Notes: generated from the sequence alone by a model not told the origin. A stretch of 64,000 nt of DNA from Ostrea edulis (GCF_947568905.1 NC_079170.1:44082001-44146000), one strand, 5' to 3'. Counted from the stretch's first letter, positions 14,401-28,052 are shown. A program made the numbers and translations.

Positions 14401-16715
14401 TAAAAATGATCTAAAACGAATCTCTATTGTTCTTAAGTTCTTTTGTAGGTGCAAGCTGTGATGTCTGTTTTAGCGACTCAAATGGTAAAACGTTCTACTG
14501 CCAATCACGATGTTGTGACGACCACTGCTGTGTCAAATACGATGACTACACGAATTGGTAAAAGATCATCCGTTACTCCCACCGTGATATAGTTCTATAT
14601 ATCAAAATTAAAATTTCAATGAATATTTCATGTATATGTAAAACTTCTACGGTACCAATTTTGATGCACCAGATGCGCATTTGGACAAATAATGCCTCTT
14701 TAGTGATGCTCAACCGAAATGTCTGAAATCCGAAATAACAATAAACTTGCTAGAGCTATTTTAGGAGAAAACAAGAGTGCCAAAAAGTGGATTCAAATTT
14801 GTCTAAGGATAAGAGCTATGCATGAGGGAGATAATCTTAAATTTTGAAATTAATTTTAATTCTATTGCAATACAACGCCTTGCACCAGCATCTTATTACT
14901 AATTATTAAGAGAGTAATAAAACATATTTGAATAGAAGTCATATTCAGGTTCAAAGAGAAAAGTCAGTAAGTTTAAAAACAATTTGTCTCCAATTCGTTA
15001 GTTTATTCAATAAAATATATCCAGAACATGAATAGAAGTTTAAGAGTTATAATCACTACTTGGACAAGAATGTCCCCTGATTTTGATAAACGATGAAGAT
15101 TTAGTAATCGATTGACAATTGCTTTTCAGGAAGAGTGACGAGATAGCGGGTGCAGTGATTGGGACCCTGTTGGGAGGGACAATATTCGTCCTTGGTTTTA
15201 TTTATATCATCAGGAATTTCTGTCACAAGAAACGACCTGTACATCAATCGGGGACCGATCTGATCTACACCATCAGTAACGGTACAATTCTAGTTTCACG
15301 TACATTGATAGAGATAGCAGTTCGCTATAGTGTAATTCTTATCACAAGTCGGTTGTACGCACCAGTAGTTCAGACTATACAAAATATACATTTATATAGG
15401 ATGATGCCTAAACCATCATAGAAATCTGCACATCGTAAACTGAATCAAGTGAAACTGTATACATACTTCTTTTTTTACTGCAGTCTTAAAAAGTATTTAT
15501 GAAGAATTTATCTACACTTTTATATTTTATCTCTGTACATTTTACTCACAAACTGAATAGAAGTGTGAAGCACTTTAATGTTAAGTTTGAAAGTAATTTG
15601 TCTAAAGTTTACACATCGATAAATTCTTCAAAAATGAATATTTGATTATTGTAATTCAAATCCATCCCCTGTATCATCAATTTCAAAAACGTGAGTAGTT
15701 TCTCCGCATTGTTAGTTGATTTCAGGCGCGTATGTATACATAGCATTTTTGGATTTATTGATGTGTAAATTCTCATTTAACTTTATTTTGTCCGATCAAA
15801 ACAATTGTAATAAGTAACATTGAAATTATACCTTATTACAAATATGTTTTTTTTTCTAACTGCCACCACAAACTCAAATGTATTAGTAACGCTTACGTAT
15901 CAAATCAGTAGAAGTGATTATGCAGCTAGGTTAAGGGCTTCCATAGTCAAATGCACAATAATCATGGGGTGAAATTGCACCTCAAATTCACAGGTATCGT
16001 TACACTTGTTACAGTTAAATACCGAAACAATACTACCCATATGTTGACTGTGACTGAGCTACCTTAAATTTTCCCCATGGCAATTTCTCGTGACTCACTT
16101 AAATATCACGTATCACTTTATTTTTGGAAAACAGCAAGAGGTCCTACTTGTGAACAAAAGTTCAGATTCATGCGGGTAACCAGCTGGATTTTTATTGATA
16201 TATTCAGAGAAAAAAATAAAAGTCCTTAACATGAAAAGTGTTGGGAGCAAATGCATACTCAAACTAACCATGCTGTAATTTAACAACATATCAACAGTCA
16301 TCAGCGAATTACCGGGGTTGTCCACATTCTTATATATATCATACCGTTAATATAAAAGACAGAAATTGATCCCCGCACTTTTCAAACGCATAAATATATA
16401 TAGATCATATCGCAGAAAAATTCATATTGTTTTTATAGCAGATGAACCTGAACTTTACCGCAGTGTCTGTAGTATGAAATAATTTATGTATATGAGAGAA
16501 TTGTTAAACGCATCAGTCATTCAGATTAGGGGCGATATCAAGGTCACAATATAATCTGAATATCACCTTCATGCATACTATATCTTGAAAATGGAGAATG
16601 ATTTGATATCATAAAGGATTGATTTTTTTTTATGTTGTACGCCACACTCAAAAAAATTTCAGTTATATGGTAAAGTAAACTGGGAGATTTTCTCACTTAT
16701 CGGCTATCATAAAGG

Positions 16716-16785
<70 letters not shown>

Positions 16786-17176
16786 TCATTTGACAAGATT
16801 TATTTTGAAGTATACACCTTATCACTTGATAACAATAGTAAATAACGACAACTTATTATGACATTTCCCCGCGTTACAACTATCAGAACATGTACGCTGT
16901 GACCTATTTTTTCATTGTGACGTCATATGGTGCGAAGTGCACAGAGGTACATTTATAACAGCACTGATTTTTCTCGGATAGCCTTAACTCAGCTGCGTAA
17001 TAACAAATTTATAAAAAAAAAAAAAAAAAAAAAAAGAAGAATGTCACAGTTTTGTTTATTTTTCAGAAGTTGAAATAAGAAACGACACCTTGCCACGTTT
17101 ACCTCCATCTTATGAAACATCACAAACTTCAATGCCGGGAAGGAAGAACTATTCTAGATTTGAAAACGAAGCATAA
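11491..17176 (+). CDS. Small Cys-rich single-pass membrane protein with PPxY tail (Shisa-like / WBP1-VOPP1-CYYR1-type architecture), 4 exons, ~135 aa
   Basis: Hand-spliced exons 11491-11527, 14449-14557, 15130-15281, 17067-17176; all introns GT-AG, phases 1/2/1 consistent, total 408 nt. Protein: MRTSIFLLLYISSASC (signal-like) DVCFSDSNGKTFYCQSRCCDDHCCVKYDDYTNWKSDE IAGAVIGTLLGGTIFVLGFIYII (TM) RNFCHKKR...LPRLPPSYETS...NYSRFENEA*. An in-frame ATG at 11482 is an alternative start. Confidence 0.8.
12341..12694. mobile_element. Palindromic MITE (~350-bp hairpin)
   Basis: AGGTGCTTGGGTTCAGGACC(C)n...AAGCCCTTTTAAAA mirrored by TTTTAAAGGGCTT...(G)nTCCTGAACCCAAGCACCT; arms ~150 bp. Confidence 0.8.
14634..14852 (-). 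mobile_element. Retrozyme-like repeat copy with doubly mutated hammerhead (F, 14666-14709), in intron 2 of the small TM gene
   Basis: Reverse complement GAGCATCA-CTAAAGA-GGC-ATTATTT-GTC-CAAA-TGCGCA-TC-TGGTGC, followed by the family body (GGATAAGAGCTATGCATGAGGGAGATAATC on + strand). Confidence 0.75.
16718..16786. repeat. (TA)n microsatellite; others at ~348-385, 17858-17894, 40975-41003; (CT)n at 24033-24081 and 53882-53918; (GAT)n at 830-908
   Basis: Read directly from the sequence. Confidence 0.9.
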
Positions 17177-17318
17177 TAATATAAGATACAATCAATATAT
17201 ACGAAACTGTAATATATGATTACTTTGTATGTACATCGAACACTGTATTACTTTTAAAAAGGCAACAGCATGCTATACTATCATCCTTTTTTCGGTCGTT
17301 AAATACTAAATTACTTAA

Positions 17319-17854
17319 GAGATGTTGTCAGTAATCATGGAATATTTTTTGGAAAAATGTAAAAAAAAAATAAAAAAAAATGAAGAATTCTAAAATTCTA
17401 TGTAGTATTATTGATAAAATCATTTAAAATACATGTGTGAGTCTCTTAAACTCAAATAAATCAAAATAATTGATCACTGTGTTGTTACCATGGTACCAAG
17501 GACAAATCCCATGAAAAAAAACCCAGTGAAATATATCTCTTTTAAGTCCAAAATAAATACAATTAAGGTAATATTTTATCAGTATCATGAAAAAGGCTTA
17601 CACAAAATTTTATTGAAATAAGAAATTTAAATCTCTCAGCAAAAATGCTTGCCACCTTGCATTGTATACAGTAAAAAATCCAATAAAACGATATATTTTA
17701 GCTAACTTTTTTCAGAAATGCAACACAATCAGGCAAGGTCTTTCATGCAAGGTGAAGATAACGAACAGAGATCAATCTCATAAAGCTTACAAGGGGTGGG
17801 AGCAGGTGCCTAGGATGAGTAAGCATTCCCTGTTGACCGGTCAGACCCGCCGTG

Positions 17855-17898
<44 letters not shown>

Positions 17899-20302
17899 AG
17901 AAAAGTTTAATAAGTCAAAAGATAATATTTTCAAAACCTTATAAATTTATTTTTCAAACTCATGTGTAGATAAAACAGTGTTACTTTATGAATAATACTA
18001 TCAAAAAGTATCAACTATGGAAAAATGTTCAAAGCAAGGTCATAGATCATAATTAAGATCACTAGCTTCGTTCTGTTTAATATGGGGGTCTGCCATTTGA
18101 TACACATACATGGAATAAGTAGGCCTCAAGTATTTCTATATCAAAATGTCGATGAAGTTTATTGTTTCATTACATTTACAATATAGATGTGGTTTATTGG
18201 ATATTTGAACAACAATCCACATCGTTACATATACAACATTTCAAAATACGAAAACGGAATTACATTATAATAGCAATTTCATTGACCATTTAATAGAAAT
18301 TAAATTATTCAATGAGGATGAAATACTTTGAATACACAGAAAGTGCTTCACAACGTATATTGAGTATGACGCAATATGAGTATAAAGTTTGACGTCAACA
18401 TTGATACTGATTGAGTGTAGAAAGTGATCTAGATATTTCTTTTCGGCGTGTCTTTGTTGTCTGTTTTTTTTTAAAGAGAAACAAGTGTTCTACAATAGAT
18501 ATGATCAACGTCAAATTTTATTTACCGGTGTTTACTATTACTTTACTATGCAAGGTGAAGATAACGAACAGTGATCAATCTCATAACTCCTATAAGCAAT
18601 ACAGATAGATAGTTGAGCACACACGGACCCCTGGACACACCAGAGGTGGGATCAGGTGCCTAGGAGGAGTAAGCATATGTCAAGACAGTTTGTATGAATT
18701 TGGAATCATTACATGGATTCTAACTTCACTAATGCATTTACGATGTGACCGTTGAGATGAGGAAGACCCATAGCATCTTTCAATACGACTTTGGGTATTT
18801 CATTTAACGCAGGAAATATAACGCGATTGACGTCATCATTAACTGTGATTGTTTTTTCATTCAAATTAAGCAATTATCCACAGCAAAACGTACGAAGGTA
18901 TGGGAAAGCTTGTCTGGAATTTAAAATCATCCGTGGTACTTTCCAAACTTTTATTTGTTTTGTCAATGAAGGTACCGCAGTGGCGACGACATTTTTCCGG
19001 AGGCATTATGGGTAGTCCCCGTCATTTTTCAGCTGATGAAGAACAAATCACGTGACTCAATTGCGTAATCATTGGAGCGAGCCCGTCGCGTCGCTTCTCG
19101 ACGCAAGCTACGTTCGCTATTAACTAACATATAAAATTTAATTTACAGAAAAATAGGCAAATCTCTACACCACCTATTCAAGTTTACTGTTAAATAAATT
19201 CCTTGATGACCACCCAGAATTTTTGATGATGTCTGCTTTAAGTGATATCATTCAGTTCTGCCTTTAATTCTAGAGTGTTCGCATCAAGTGGAATAATCAT
19301 TGTGTAAAATAATAGTCACTAGTGTAGAGTTTCGAGCGCTTTTTTTTTTTTTTTTTTTTTTTACAAAAAGAGTAAATTGTTTAACTGTTTTCATTTACTA
19401 TATTGGTAGTGATATATATATATATATAATGAAATTTTCCTTGCGCTAAATACCCAGTAACATCTCAATAATCTCTCACCAGAGATTGCCGTAAATTCCT
19501 ATATTGTTATTTAAAAAAACTCATGAACTTGTTCATCTAATTATTCGTATTACCGTTTTTCTATTTGATGACTGTCTAAAAACTGTAGCAATAATAATCA
19601 CAACATTCATTTTTAACAAACTGGGTGGTAGAATTACAAATTACAGCCCAGTTTTGTATTTTTGGAATTCAAAATTAAAACACGAATAACTTCAAAAGCA
19701 ACTAGTTAACAAAGCATAATGGCGGCGCCCATATTGATCACAAAACTTTCAGTGAACGTATGTGGAGATTATCTCCATTCATTTGTTGATTTTCTCATTT
19801 GTTCTTTTACCTTTAGAGCCTTGCTTCGTGGACGGGCCTTGGGTCCGTCCGAACTTCGCTCGGTATAAATACTTGTTTTAAAAAGGGCATGTAGAATTAA
19901 TATCAGCCCTGCTTCGTTTCAGCGAAAAAAGTGTCTGAAAAGAAGTCATAAATGCCCCTTTTTACCTTAATGTATGATTTATTTTTAAAAATAAGCGAGA
20001 AAATATATTTTTTTAACACAAGCACTACGATCTAAGTGCTTTCTTGAATTTCTTTTAACTGTAAATTGTTGGGAAATTGTTTTATTAGAAATATTTGTGA
20101 AAAGATTAAAAACTCAACATCTAATGATTTAACTGTGGGTAAGGTCAGTTGTCATGGAAGCATTATGCATGATTCCAGTAATTTTCACTTTTTTAAAATT
20201 TACCACCACTATTCACAAAAGTGTGAAAGTTTCGCTCAGATCTGTGATTTCTGCACTTTCCATTTTTTAAAGACAATTCTCAATGGTTACTGACAGCTTC
20301 TC
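17319..20302. mobile_element. Kolobok-type non-autonomous DNA transposon (~3 kb)
   Basis: TTAA at 17315-18 and 20303-06; TIRs GAGATGTTGTCAGTAATCATGG vs GAGAAGCTGTCAGTAACCATTG (18/22 match); no transposase ORF; two nested Penelope-like ends. Confidence 0.6.
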
Positions 20303-20466
20303 TTAAACAGCACTATTCTGCCATAGACGAGACGAAGTCGGCAGATAGTTAACTGCCTTTTAATGTTGCACAGGTGCAAGTGAAAGTAACAGTAGTAAAA
20401 GGCTACAAACAAAACAAAACAATCATAAGTTCACAATTATGAAACACATCAATATACAATGTAAAT

Positions 20467-20638
20467 GGAAGGTGAAGATAACGAAGATTAATCAGTCGCA
20501 TAACTCCTATAATGCAAAATAGATAGTTGGGCAAAAATGGACCCCTGGACACACCAGAGGTGGGATCAGATGCATAGGAGGAGTAAGCATCCCCTGTTGA
20601 CCGGTCACACCCGCCGTGAGCCCTATATCCTGATCAGG
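20467..20638 (-). mobile_element. Penelope-like 3' end (representative of ~17 dispersed 40-270-bp copies)
   Basis: Consensus AAGGTGAAGATAACGAACAGTGATCAATCTCATAACTCC...CACGGACCCCTGGACACACCAGAGGTGGGATCAGGTGCCTAGGAGGAGTAAGCATCCC; other copies at ~1941, 3805, 4966, 11243, 12960, 13640, 13880, 17745, 18550, 23345, 24169, 28540, 29525, 41424, 57145. Confidence 0.75.
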
Positions 20639-22077
20639 ATACATGCCTGCAAATACATGCATGATATCCTCCAAATGAAATATAGAATCATCTGATATCT
20701 AATTAATTCAATATCAAATATCGAGATGAATGACACACATAGAAGAAGGTAGTTTATGCCAATACAACTCTGACACTAATGATGAACCGTATAATGTAGG
20801 AATTGAATAAATCAGTAAATATTTACAAGAATCAATAATGTATTGCAACAATACCATCAATTATTTATGACTTACAGATAATTAAGCTGACTCATTGACT
20901 AGACACATGTTGTATGTGTATGATTGACACAACTCAATTCGATGTGCAATAATTTGTAAATGTAAACAATAGATCATAATTGAAAACAAAAATATATCAG
21001 CACGATAAGTACACATGATTTACAAGTATATGTAAATACTTACACCGTGATGAACCAAAAAGAAAAGATGAATACACAGAATGCTCTAAACGACATTGCC
21101 GGCGCAAAGAAAAAAGCGTGCGTTAACTCAAAATACAAAAGCGTTCCATACTCTAATATATAGTTTACTCGTATATATGTAATTCGTACGTGAAGAGAAT
21201 GTTTCGTAAGTTGATTCAAACATATGACAGGACAGTACGGATTGACTCATGCGTTCCCTGCTGGCCTGGCCCCAAGGCCATAGACTGAAAATAGACTTAA
21301 GTCTAAATTTCAAATCCAGCTAACTTGTAAGATAATTTACATAAACAAATAAAATTTTCAGTATATGTTTGCATTTGATCGTTCCATAAACCTGCAGTTG
21401 TTTTTAAACATCTGTGCTTAAGATATAAGTAATCAAAATTTTGATTTAAGTCTATTATATATATTTACTTGTAAATCATATGTACTTATAGTGCTGATAT
21501 ATTTGTGTTTACATTTACAAATTATTGCTCATCGAATTGAATTGAGTTGACTTTTCGAAAGAAACTTAAGTCGAAACTTGGAGTCTGAGAATTTGCTGAT
21601 TCTTGAAATAGAAGAAAACTCACACTTCAGTTTATGATTATTTTATTTTAGAAATCCAAGTCAGATCTACTCTCGAGAATGAATTTACAGGATAAGAAAG
21701 ACGCAGATTTCCAGACAAAAATTAAAATTTACATGCATTTCCCAATACTGGATTTGCTAAATGAAAAAGGGATAATATATTGTTTTAAATTTCTGATACT
21801 CTAACTACATATGGTAATGTCTTTATTTGAGAATAAAAAGGTAAAAATATTTTTAAAAATATTATCAATCCCATAAAGTATATAAAAAAAAATACAAGAT
21901 AACAAGACACACACGAACCCGTACGACATAAGCTGTAGAATCGAGTACTAATGAGGACTACGTATGTTCTGTTAACCGATCTGACCAGTCTCGAATTGAC
22001 AGATATGGCATAAAAAATAAAAAAGGGAAACGAAAAAGGAGAACGGTGACATGTAATTAAAGTAAGGTATTGTTGGA

Positions 22078-22266
22078 CACGCCTTCCGTGCAAACTGTTT
22101 TGTGCAAGAATTGTTACGTATATGATCAAGCCACGCCTATAGAGACGTACAGACGTTCAAACCACGCCCTTAGAAATGTAAAAAACAGTGCGTGCAAGTT
22201 ATTTTGGAATGGGATCTAAGAAAGGTGGACATTGTCCATAACGAAACAGTTTACACGGAAGGCGTG
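22078..22266. mobile_element. Small MITE, probable TA target
   Basis: TIR CACGCCTTCCGTG(C/T)AAACTGTTT; TA on the right, GA on the left. Confidence 0.65.
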
Positions 22267-22272
22267 TAATTT

Positions 22273-22696
22273 ACAATTATCCGTAAATTATCTCGTTATA
22301 ACGAGTTAGGATGTCGTTATAACGAGTTAATTATCTCGTTATAACGAGTTAGTATCTCGTTATAGCGAGTTAGTATCTCGTCATAATGAGTTAATTATCT
22401 CGTCATAACGACTTAATATGTCGTTATAATTATAACAAGATAACCAACTCGTAATAATGAGATAACTAACTCGTTATAACGAGATAACTGACTAACTATA
22501 ACGAGATAATTAACTCGTTATAAAGAGATAGTTAACTCATTATAACAAGATATTAGCTCGCTATGACGAGATACTAATTCGTTATAACGAGATACTAACT
22601 CGTTATAACGAGATAATTATCTCGTTATGACGAGATAACTATAACTCGTTGTAAGGAGATAATTAACTGAAAAATGAGCCTATCCGGCTTTCGTAA
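22273..22696. repeat. Inverted arrays of ~21-bp palindromic units (MITE interior)
   Basis: Units TTATCTCGTTATAACGAGTTA with the perfect 14-bp palindrome CTCGTTATAACGAG; array polarity flips near 22430; ends in GAGCCTATCCGGCTTTCGTAA. Confidence 0.8.
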
Positions 22697-24027
22697 GAAG
22701 TCATTGAGATAATAAGTAAAAATTAAATTCAGCGCGTCGTACATGAACGATCATTTTAAGATGAATTATGATCATTTCTTTTTCAAGTCTTTTACCATCT
22801 AGAATATTATCCTTATATCGAAATTATTTCTTGTTTAAACTAACCCCAGGAAGAACTAAGTAATGCGTAATAAAATCAAAGCATTCAGACCATGCCTGTC
22901 ATTTCGTGCAGGTCGTTCACAGTGCATGCAAGCTATCGGATTAAATGCTGAAAAACCATACAAAAACCGACCACTTGAAATCCTCGGCCTTTAAATGTGG
23001 GTGTTTATTTCTCCTATCCACGTGCTCCCATGTCTTGTGTTTCAAGGGATATGTGTTTGTTTTATTCTCGATTTCATATTCTTTATAGCATCTATTAGCT
23101 TTAAGATTGTCTATCTATCTATCTATCTATCTATTTATCTTACCAACAGCCTCGTTGAAATTCAGAATTGTTTAATACTATGATCTTTATAACGATCTTA
23201 TTTGTAGATTCAGCTTGTGTTTAGGTGGAATGCTCTCTCTAGTGCTTCCTAGAATTTTTAATAGGCACTTCCTATCATACATATCTCCACTATGGATTGC
23301 TCCAATAACTTAATCGTAAAAAGATGGCTCACCGTTGACGTTGACGTGATTTGTCAGTAGAGGGTGTTAACTCATTTTTGTTACTTGATACACCTGTGAA
23401 TTCTCGGGATTCATAAAATTGATCATTGTTTGTTATCGTCATCTTTTGTTTTCTCGAGGAAACGGTCAGGATAATGTTAGTCAGTCATTACATTTTATCT
23501 CTATAAGTGAATCCAACAAAATTCAGTAAATCTTTGCTCTATGTAATTTAAAATGATTGCAAATTCAATGTATTGACTTCAATTGGAAAACTAACTGTCA
23601 AGTCAGTTCAATTCTCCCTGTAAACATTGAGTCAACATTAGACCAAACAAACCCTAACTCAACATTGAGAATGAATTCGTAATATTCCTTTATGAATATG
23701 TTGACTCAATATTCAATACATTTGAAGGGTTATTTCAGTCAGACATTGGTCGACATTGCTTTTGATATATAGTCTTTCATGACGCATTTACTATAATAAT
23801 GAATAGGTCCATGTAATCAAATGTATTTCAAAGACATTCCTTACAAAGAGCATAATGTGTAAAAATTAAGAACTTCAACCTTTTTTTCAAAAATGTGCAG
23901 AACTCGTCACGTTGTGGAACACGAGCACTTTGAAAGTTATTCAGTAATTTGTTATGAACATGAATCAAGAAATGAAACATTTTAGCTTACCTGATATATG
24001 TGATTGTGTTATTTATTGCATAATGGA

Positions 24028-24085
<58 letters not shown>

Positions 24086-24289
24086 CATGATCATATGCAT
24101 AAACTAACAACTCAGCATACGGAATTCAGCTTTTCCATCGTCAACTTCCCATATGTGTGTAATTGGTGAAAGGTGAAGATAACCCAGAGTGATCAATCCC
24201 ATAACTCCTGTTGATGTTACAGGGATATCAACAGTATCATTTAAGGCAAATAAGGGTGATAGAAAACCATTGATATTAGGGAGATTGAG

Positions 24290-24650
24290 TAATAATAATA
24301 ATAGTAATAATTAATGACTGGCTTTATATAACGCTTTTTCCAGCGTATGCTCCTCAAAGCGCTTTACAATGCATTATTACCCCGGCAGACCTTATATCAA
24401 TCTAGAACTTTCCCAGTCTCCTTGGAAGCATACAGTGCAAGCTGTCATTACAAATGCTAGAGCACTAACATTCCAACAATATATTTCACTGTCTAAAGCC
24501 AAGTACCCTTTTTACACCTCCATGGAGTGAAGAAATTCATGTAAAGTGCCTTCCCCAAGGACACAACATCGGCCCTGTCGTAGTCAGGACTCGAACCCAC
24601 GACCTTTCGGTCGAGAGTCTAATGGCCTAACCACTAGGTCACCGACACCT
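24290..24650 (-). mobile_element. tRNA-derived SINE, near full length
   Basis: Reverse complement: A box CTAGTGGTTAGG, B box GGTTCGAGTCC, then GTTGTGTCCTTGGGGAAGGCACTTTAC core and (ATT)n tail. Confidence 0.8.
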
Positions 24651-24769
24651 ATCTATTTCCAAAACTATAATCGCGTTGATATCTTCTTGAAATACTGTAC
24701 ATAAATCCTCATTCTATTTTCTTTCATTAGATTCAATATTTAATCTAAATCATCACAGGATGACACTAT

Positions 24770-25130
24770 GACATTCACTAAACTGAAAGATGACTGGACG
24801 GTTACTTAAAGGTGATTGAATAATTACTTAATGGTGACTGAACGAATATTGAAAGGTTATTGAAAGATTTTTGAATAGTTACAAAAAAGGTGACTAAATA
24901 GTTGTTAAAAAGTGACTGAAAAGTGACTGAACTGTTACTGAATGGTAACTGAGCTGTAACTGAAAGGTTAATTGTTACTGAAAAGTGATCGAATGGTTAC
25001 TAAATAGTAACTGAATTCTTTCTGAAAGGTAACTGGCTAATTACTGAAGGACAACTGAATGGGCACTGAAAGGTGATTGAGTGCCAGAGTTATTTCATTC
25101 AGTCACCTTTCCAGACCTTTCAATCGACTG
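24770..25130. repeat. Degenerate ~11-bp array (AAGGTGACTGA) with a short inverted copy at the right end
   Basis: Repeated (GT/TT)(G/T)ACTGAA units; TTCAGTCACCTTTC at ~25097-25110 is the reverse complement. Confidence 0.65.
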
Positions 25131-28052
25131 AATCGCATAGTCTTGTCCTGTACATACCCATGAAACAAAGATATACAGGGTAATTTCCCTTAACCTTTCT
25201 GGGTAAATAAATACTAGTATTCCAGTGTATTACACATCATGCAATATTGCAGGGATATATAGCCTTGCAGGTATGCAGAGAACATCTACAACAATCCAGC
25301 CATAAGATTTTGGGATACGCATGAAAAACTATCTTCTCAATGTGCCTTAGTGTTAAGCAATGAGGAAGGGATATATGTGCAAATGCGACTCAGGCGAGCA
25401 TATTGGTCCAATGGAACGTTTTGTAGATCGCATTGGAACATACAAAACTAAGCCTGCATCGACATTACATACTATTGACACCTTTTCGTCATTCCCGCTG
25501 TCAGTCGCGTTCCGTCGCTACATTGAAAGGATATATTCCTATATTCTGATACTAATCTAATTTTCAAACATTGTTCCACAATCGGGGATAGAAAAACCTC
25601 ATGGATTCTTTACGTAAGTATCATTCATAGGTTTGCGCTTTATCTTGTTATCTCTTATCTAGTTTTTAATTATATGCTGTTAACATTGATTTAAGTTGGT
25701 GCGTTAGATATTGATGCGTAAAATACACATATAATGCTTCCAATAATATGCACGTTTCACATCTGTATCATTTCATTAGATACATATAAAATGAAATATA
25801 CTGCATACTACTAATTCACAATGACACATTAGATATGATTATGCTCCTTCATCAGATATAAAGGAAGATATAAATCAAAAGTAATTCACAAAGTTATTAA
25901 ATATACTGAACACTGAAATTTAGAATAAATTGTCCAAGTACCACGTCAATTCATAGCGTGGACCTAGCACACATGAACTAAATGAACTTAAATTTGTACT
26001 ATGTTGTTGCATTAAAGAATGAATTTCAATCAAATGCATCCATACATATCAAGCAATAGACATTCACTACCATTTATCTTTCACATTAACGTTGTGGTAC
26101 ACATCGGACGTATTGAACGATCAAACTAAGAAAATCAGAACGTTTGTTATAATTCAATTCCCGTGTCAATTTTTTGTTTGTCATTTTTACTATTGTTTAA
26201 TTTTACATTGGCTAAATACTCTTTTAATACATTAGAACTCTCATCATTTTGAATGACAAATACGGGGAAGTGAAAACCGTAAGCCACGTGATTTTCCTTC
26301 TGATTCCGTTCAGTAATTGCAAATCAAAATAGTTACGTAACATCGATTAATATCATTTAAAATTTAACATTTTAGTCTTGTAGTTGGATATAGAATACTT
26401 CATGTATGAATGACTTCCTTGATTATTAAAGTTTGATGATATGTTGCGTGTTTTCATCTGGTAAGATTGACGAATTTGTGAATGTGCTAATATACATTGG
26501 AGGATGAAAATTATATATCCCAAACACGCAATTAATATCCTGAATATACTAAATTTGAGCTTGATAATAAATGTCATCAAGCATGGAATCTGTGGTATTA
26601 TGATGAGACTATTGACAGAAAAACCCATTTTATCTTAAATGGAGGAACGTAGTCATCACTGTTTACTTTTCTACGTTTTAAATATTATATTTACTTCCAT
26701 CAAATCATTTAATAATCTTTCTTACGCGATCTGCCCTAGATAAATCAATTATGTGTCAGAAAATGTTATCGATCCATAAAGATAATAGTTATCCTTGCGC
26801 TGTACAATTCCCTTTAAATAGTTTAGAAATCTAAAATGCAAATAGGGTAGGTAATTTTTTTATGATAAATAAGAGAAAATGGTTAAGCGCACAGAAGGCC
26901 TAAAGGTCACTATCTGTTCTGTATATTTAGACTAAATTTTAATATTCGGAAGCAGTAGAAAACACGATGTGTTCTTTAAAAAACGCAACTGTTCACGAAA
27001 ATACCCTTACTGAGGAAAGACTTTGCATGGTATATGATATGCTACTATCTGATTGTTTAAGATACGTCCTAAAGTTAAAACTCCTCCATGCAAAAAAGGC
27101 AAGTTTGGTCCACCCCTTTCTGCTTTCCAAAATATTCCATTAGTTCTTGTATACAATGTAGTGCAAGTAATATTTGGAGAATTTCAAGTGATAAATTTAT
27201 TCAATCTCTATGGACATATTGGTCCCTCCTTACAATGTAGTGCAAGTACAATTTGGAGAATTTCAAGTGATAAATCTATTCAATCTCTACGGACATACTA
27301 GCCCCTCCGTGGTACAAAACCCATATTTCCGGGGTCATAGATAAAAGGATACCTACTCCTTCTAAATATCCATTTTGTTTGAATTTAGTATCACTAGCAT
27401 TAATGATGAGCAATTCAAATGTGTCACACATCAACCTATTTGCTAATATTTTGACCCCACCCTGGAGTCCGAACCTCTACCTCGAGGATCATGAAATTTA
27501 CACTATTGGTAGATGCCATCCTGCTCAATTTTATTATGCATTTTCAATGTACTATTTTCTACAGATATGTGGTTGTAAAGAAGATGTATGAACATTGGTT
27601 AATTTGTGGTAGTTTGCGCATCACTGCTAAGGCCTAGGATTACATATGTCATGAAATTTACAATTCCCCCTTGTCCAAAAAATGTTTCGTATCAAATCAA
27701 GTTGAATTAAAAGAAGGATAGTTATCAATACATTAAATGGCGTTAAACACAAAGGACGAGCGACTCGTGTCACCTAAAACTTGGGATTGTATAAAGGCTT
27801 AAAAATCGGTGTATCATAATTCTGTGTCATTACGTTTAAACAAAATTTTACTTACATTTAAGTGCATTTACCTTGTATATGTATGTGCATATCTGATGAA
27901 TTATCAAACATCTGATCATAAAATTTATTTTTCATCACAATCCGCTTATCTTTTTTTTATATCTATACTTTGTAGAATGCAAGATAAAACATAGTTCGAT
28001 ATAGCTGTTATAAGGACCGTGTATTGTAATATTTCATCATGTATATTTACAG

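Noticed and set aside
24560-24650. tRNA gene
   Set aside because: The A/B boxes continue into a SINE body and (ATT)n tail with no acceptor stem; the same applies at 44530-44581, 47350-47420 and 54590-54625.
25360-25560. Candidate first exon of the otopetrin gene
   Set aside because: No phase-compatible donor or homology evidence; the start exon remains unlocated.
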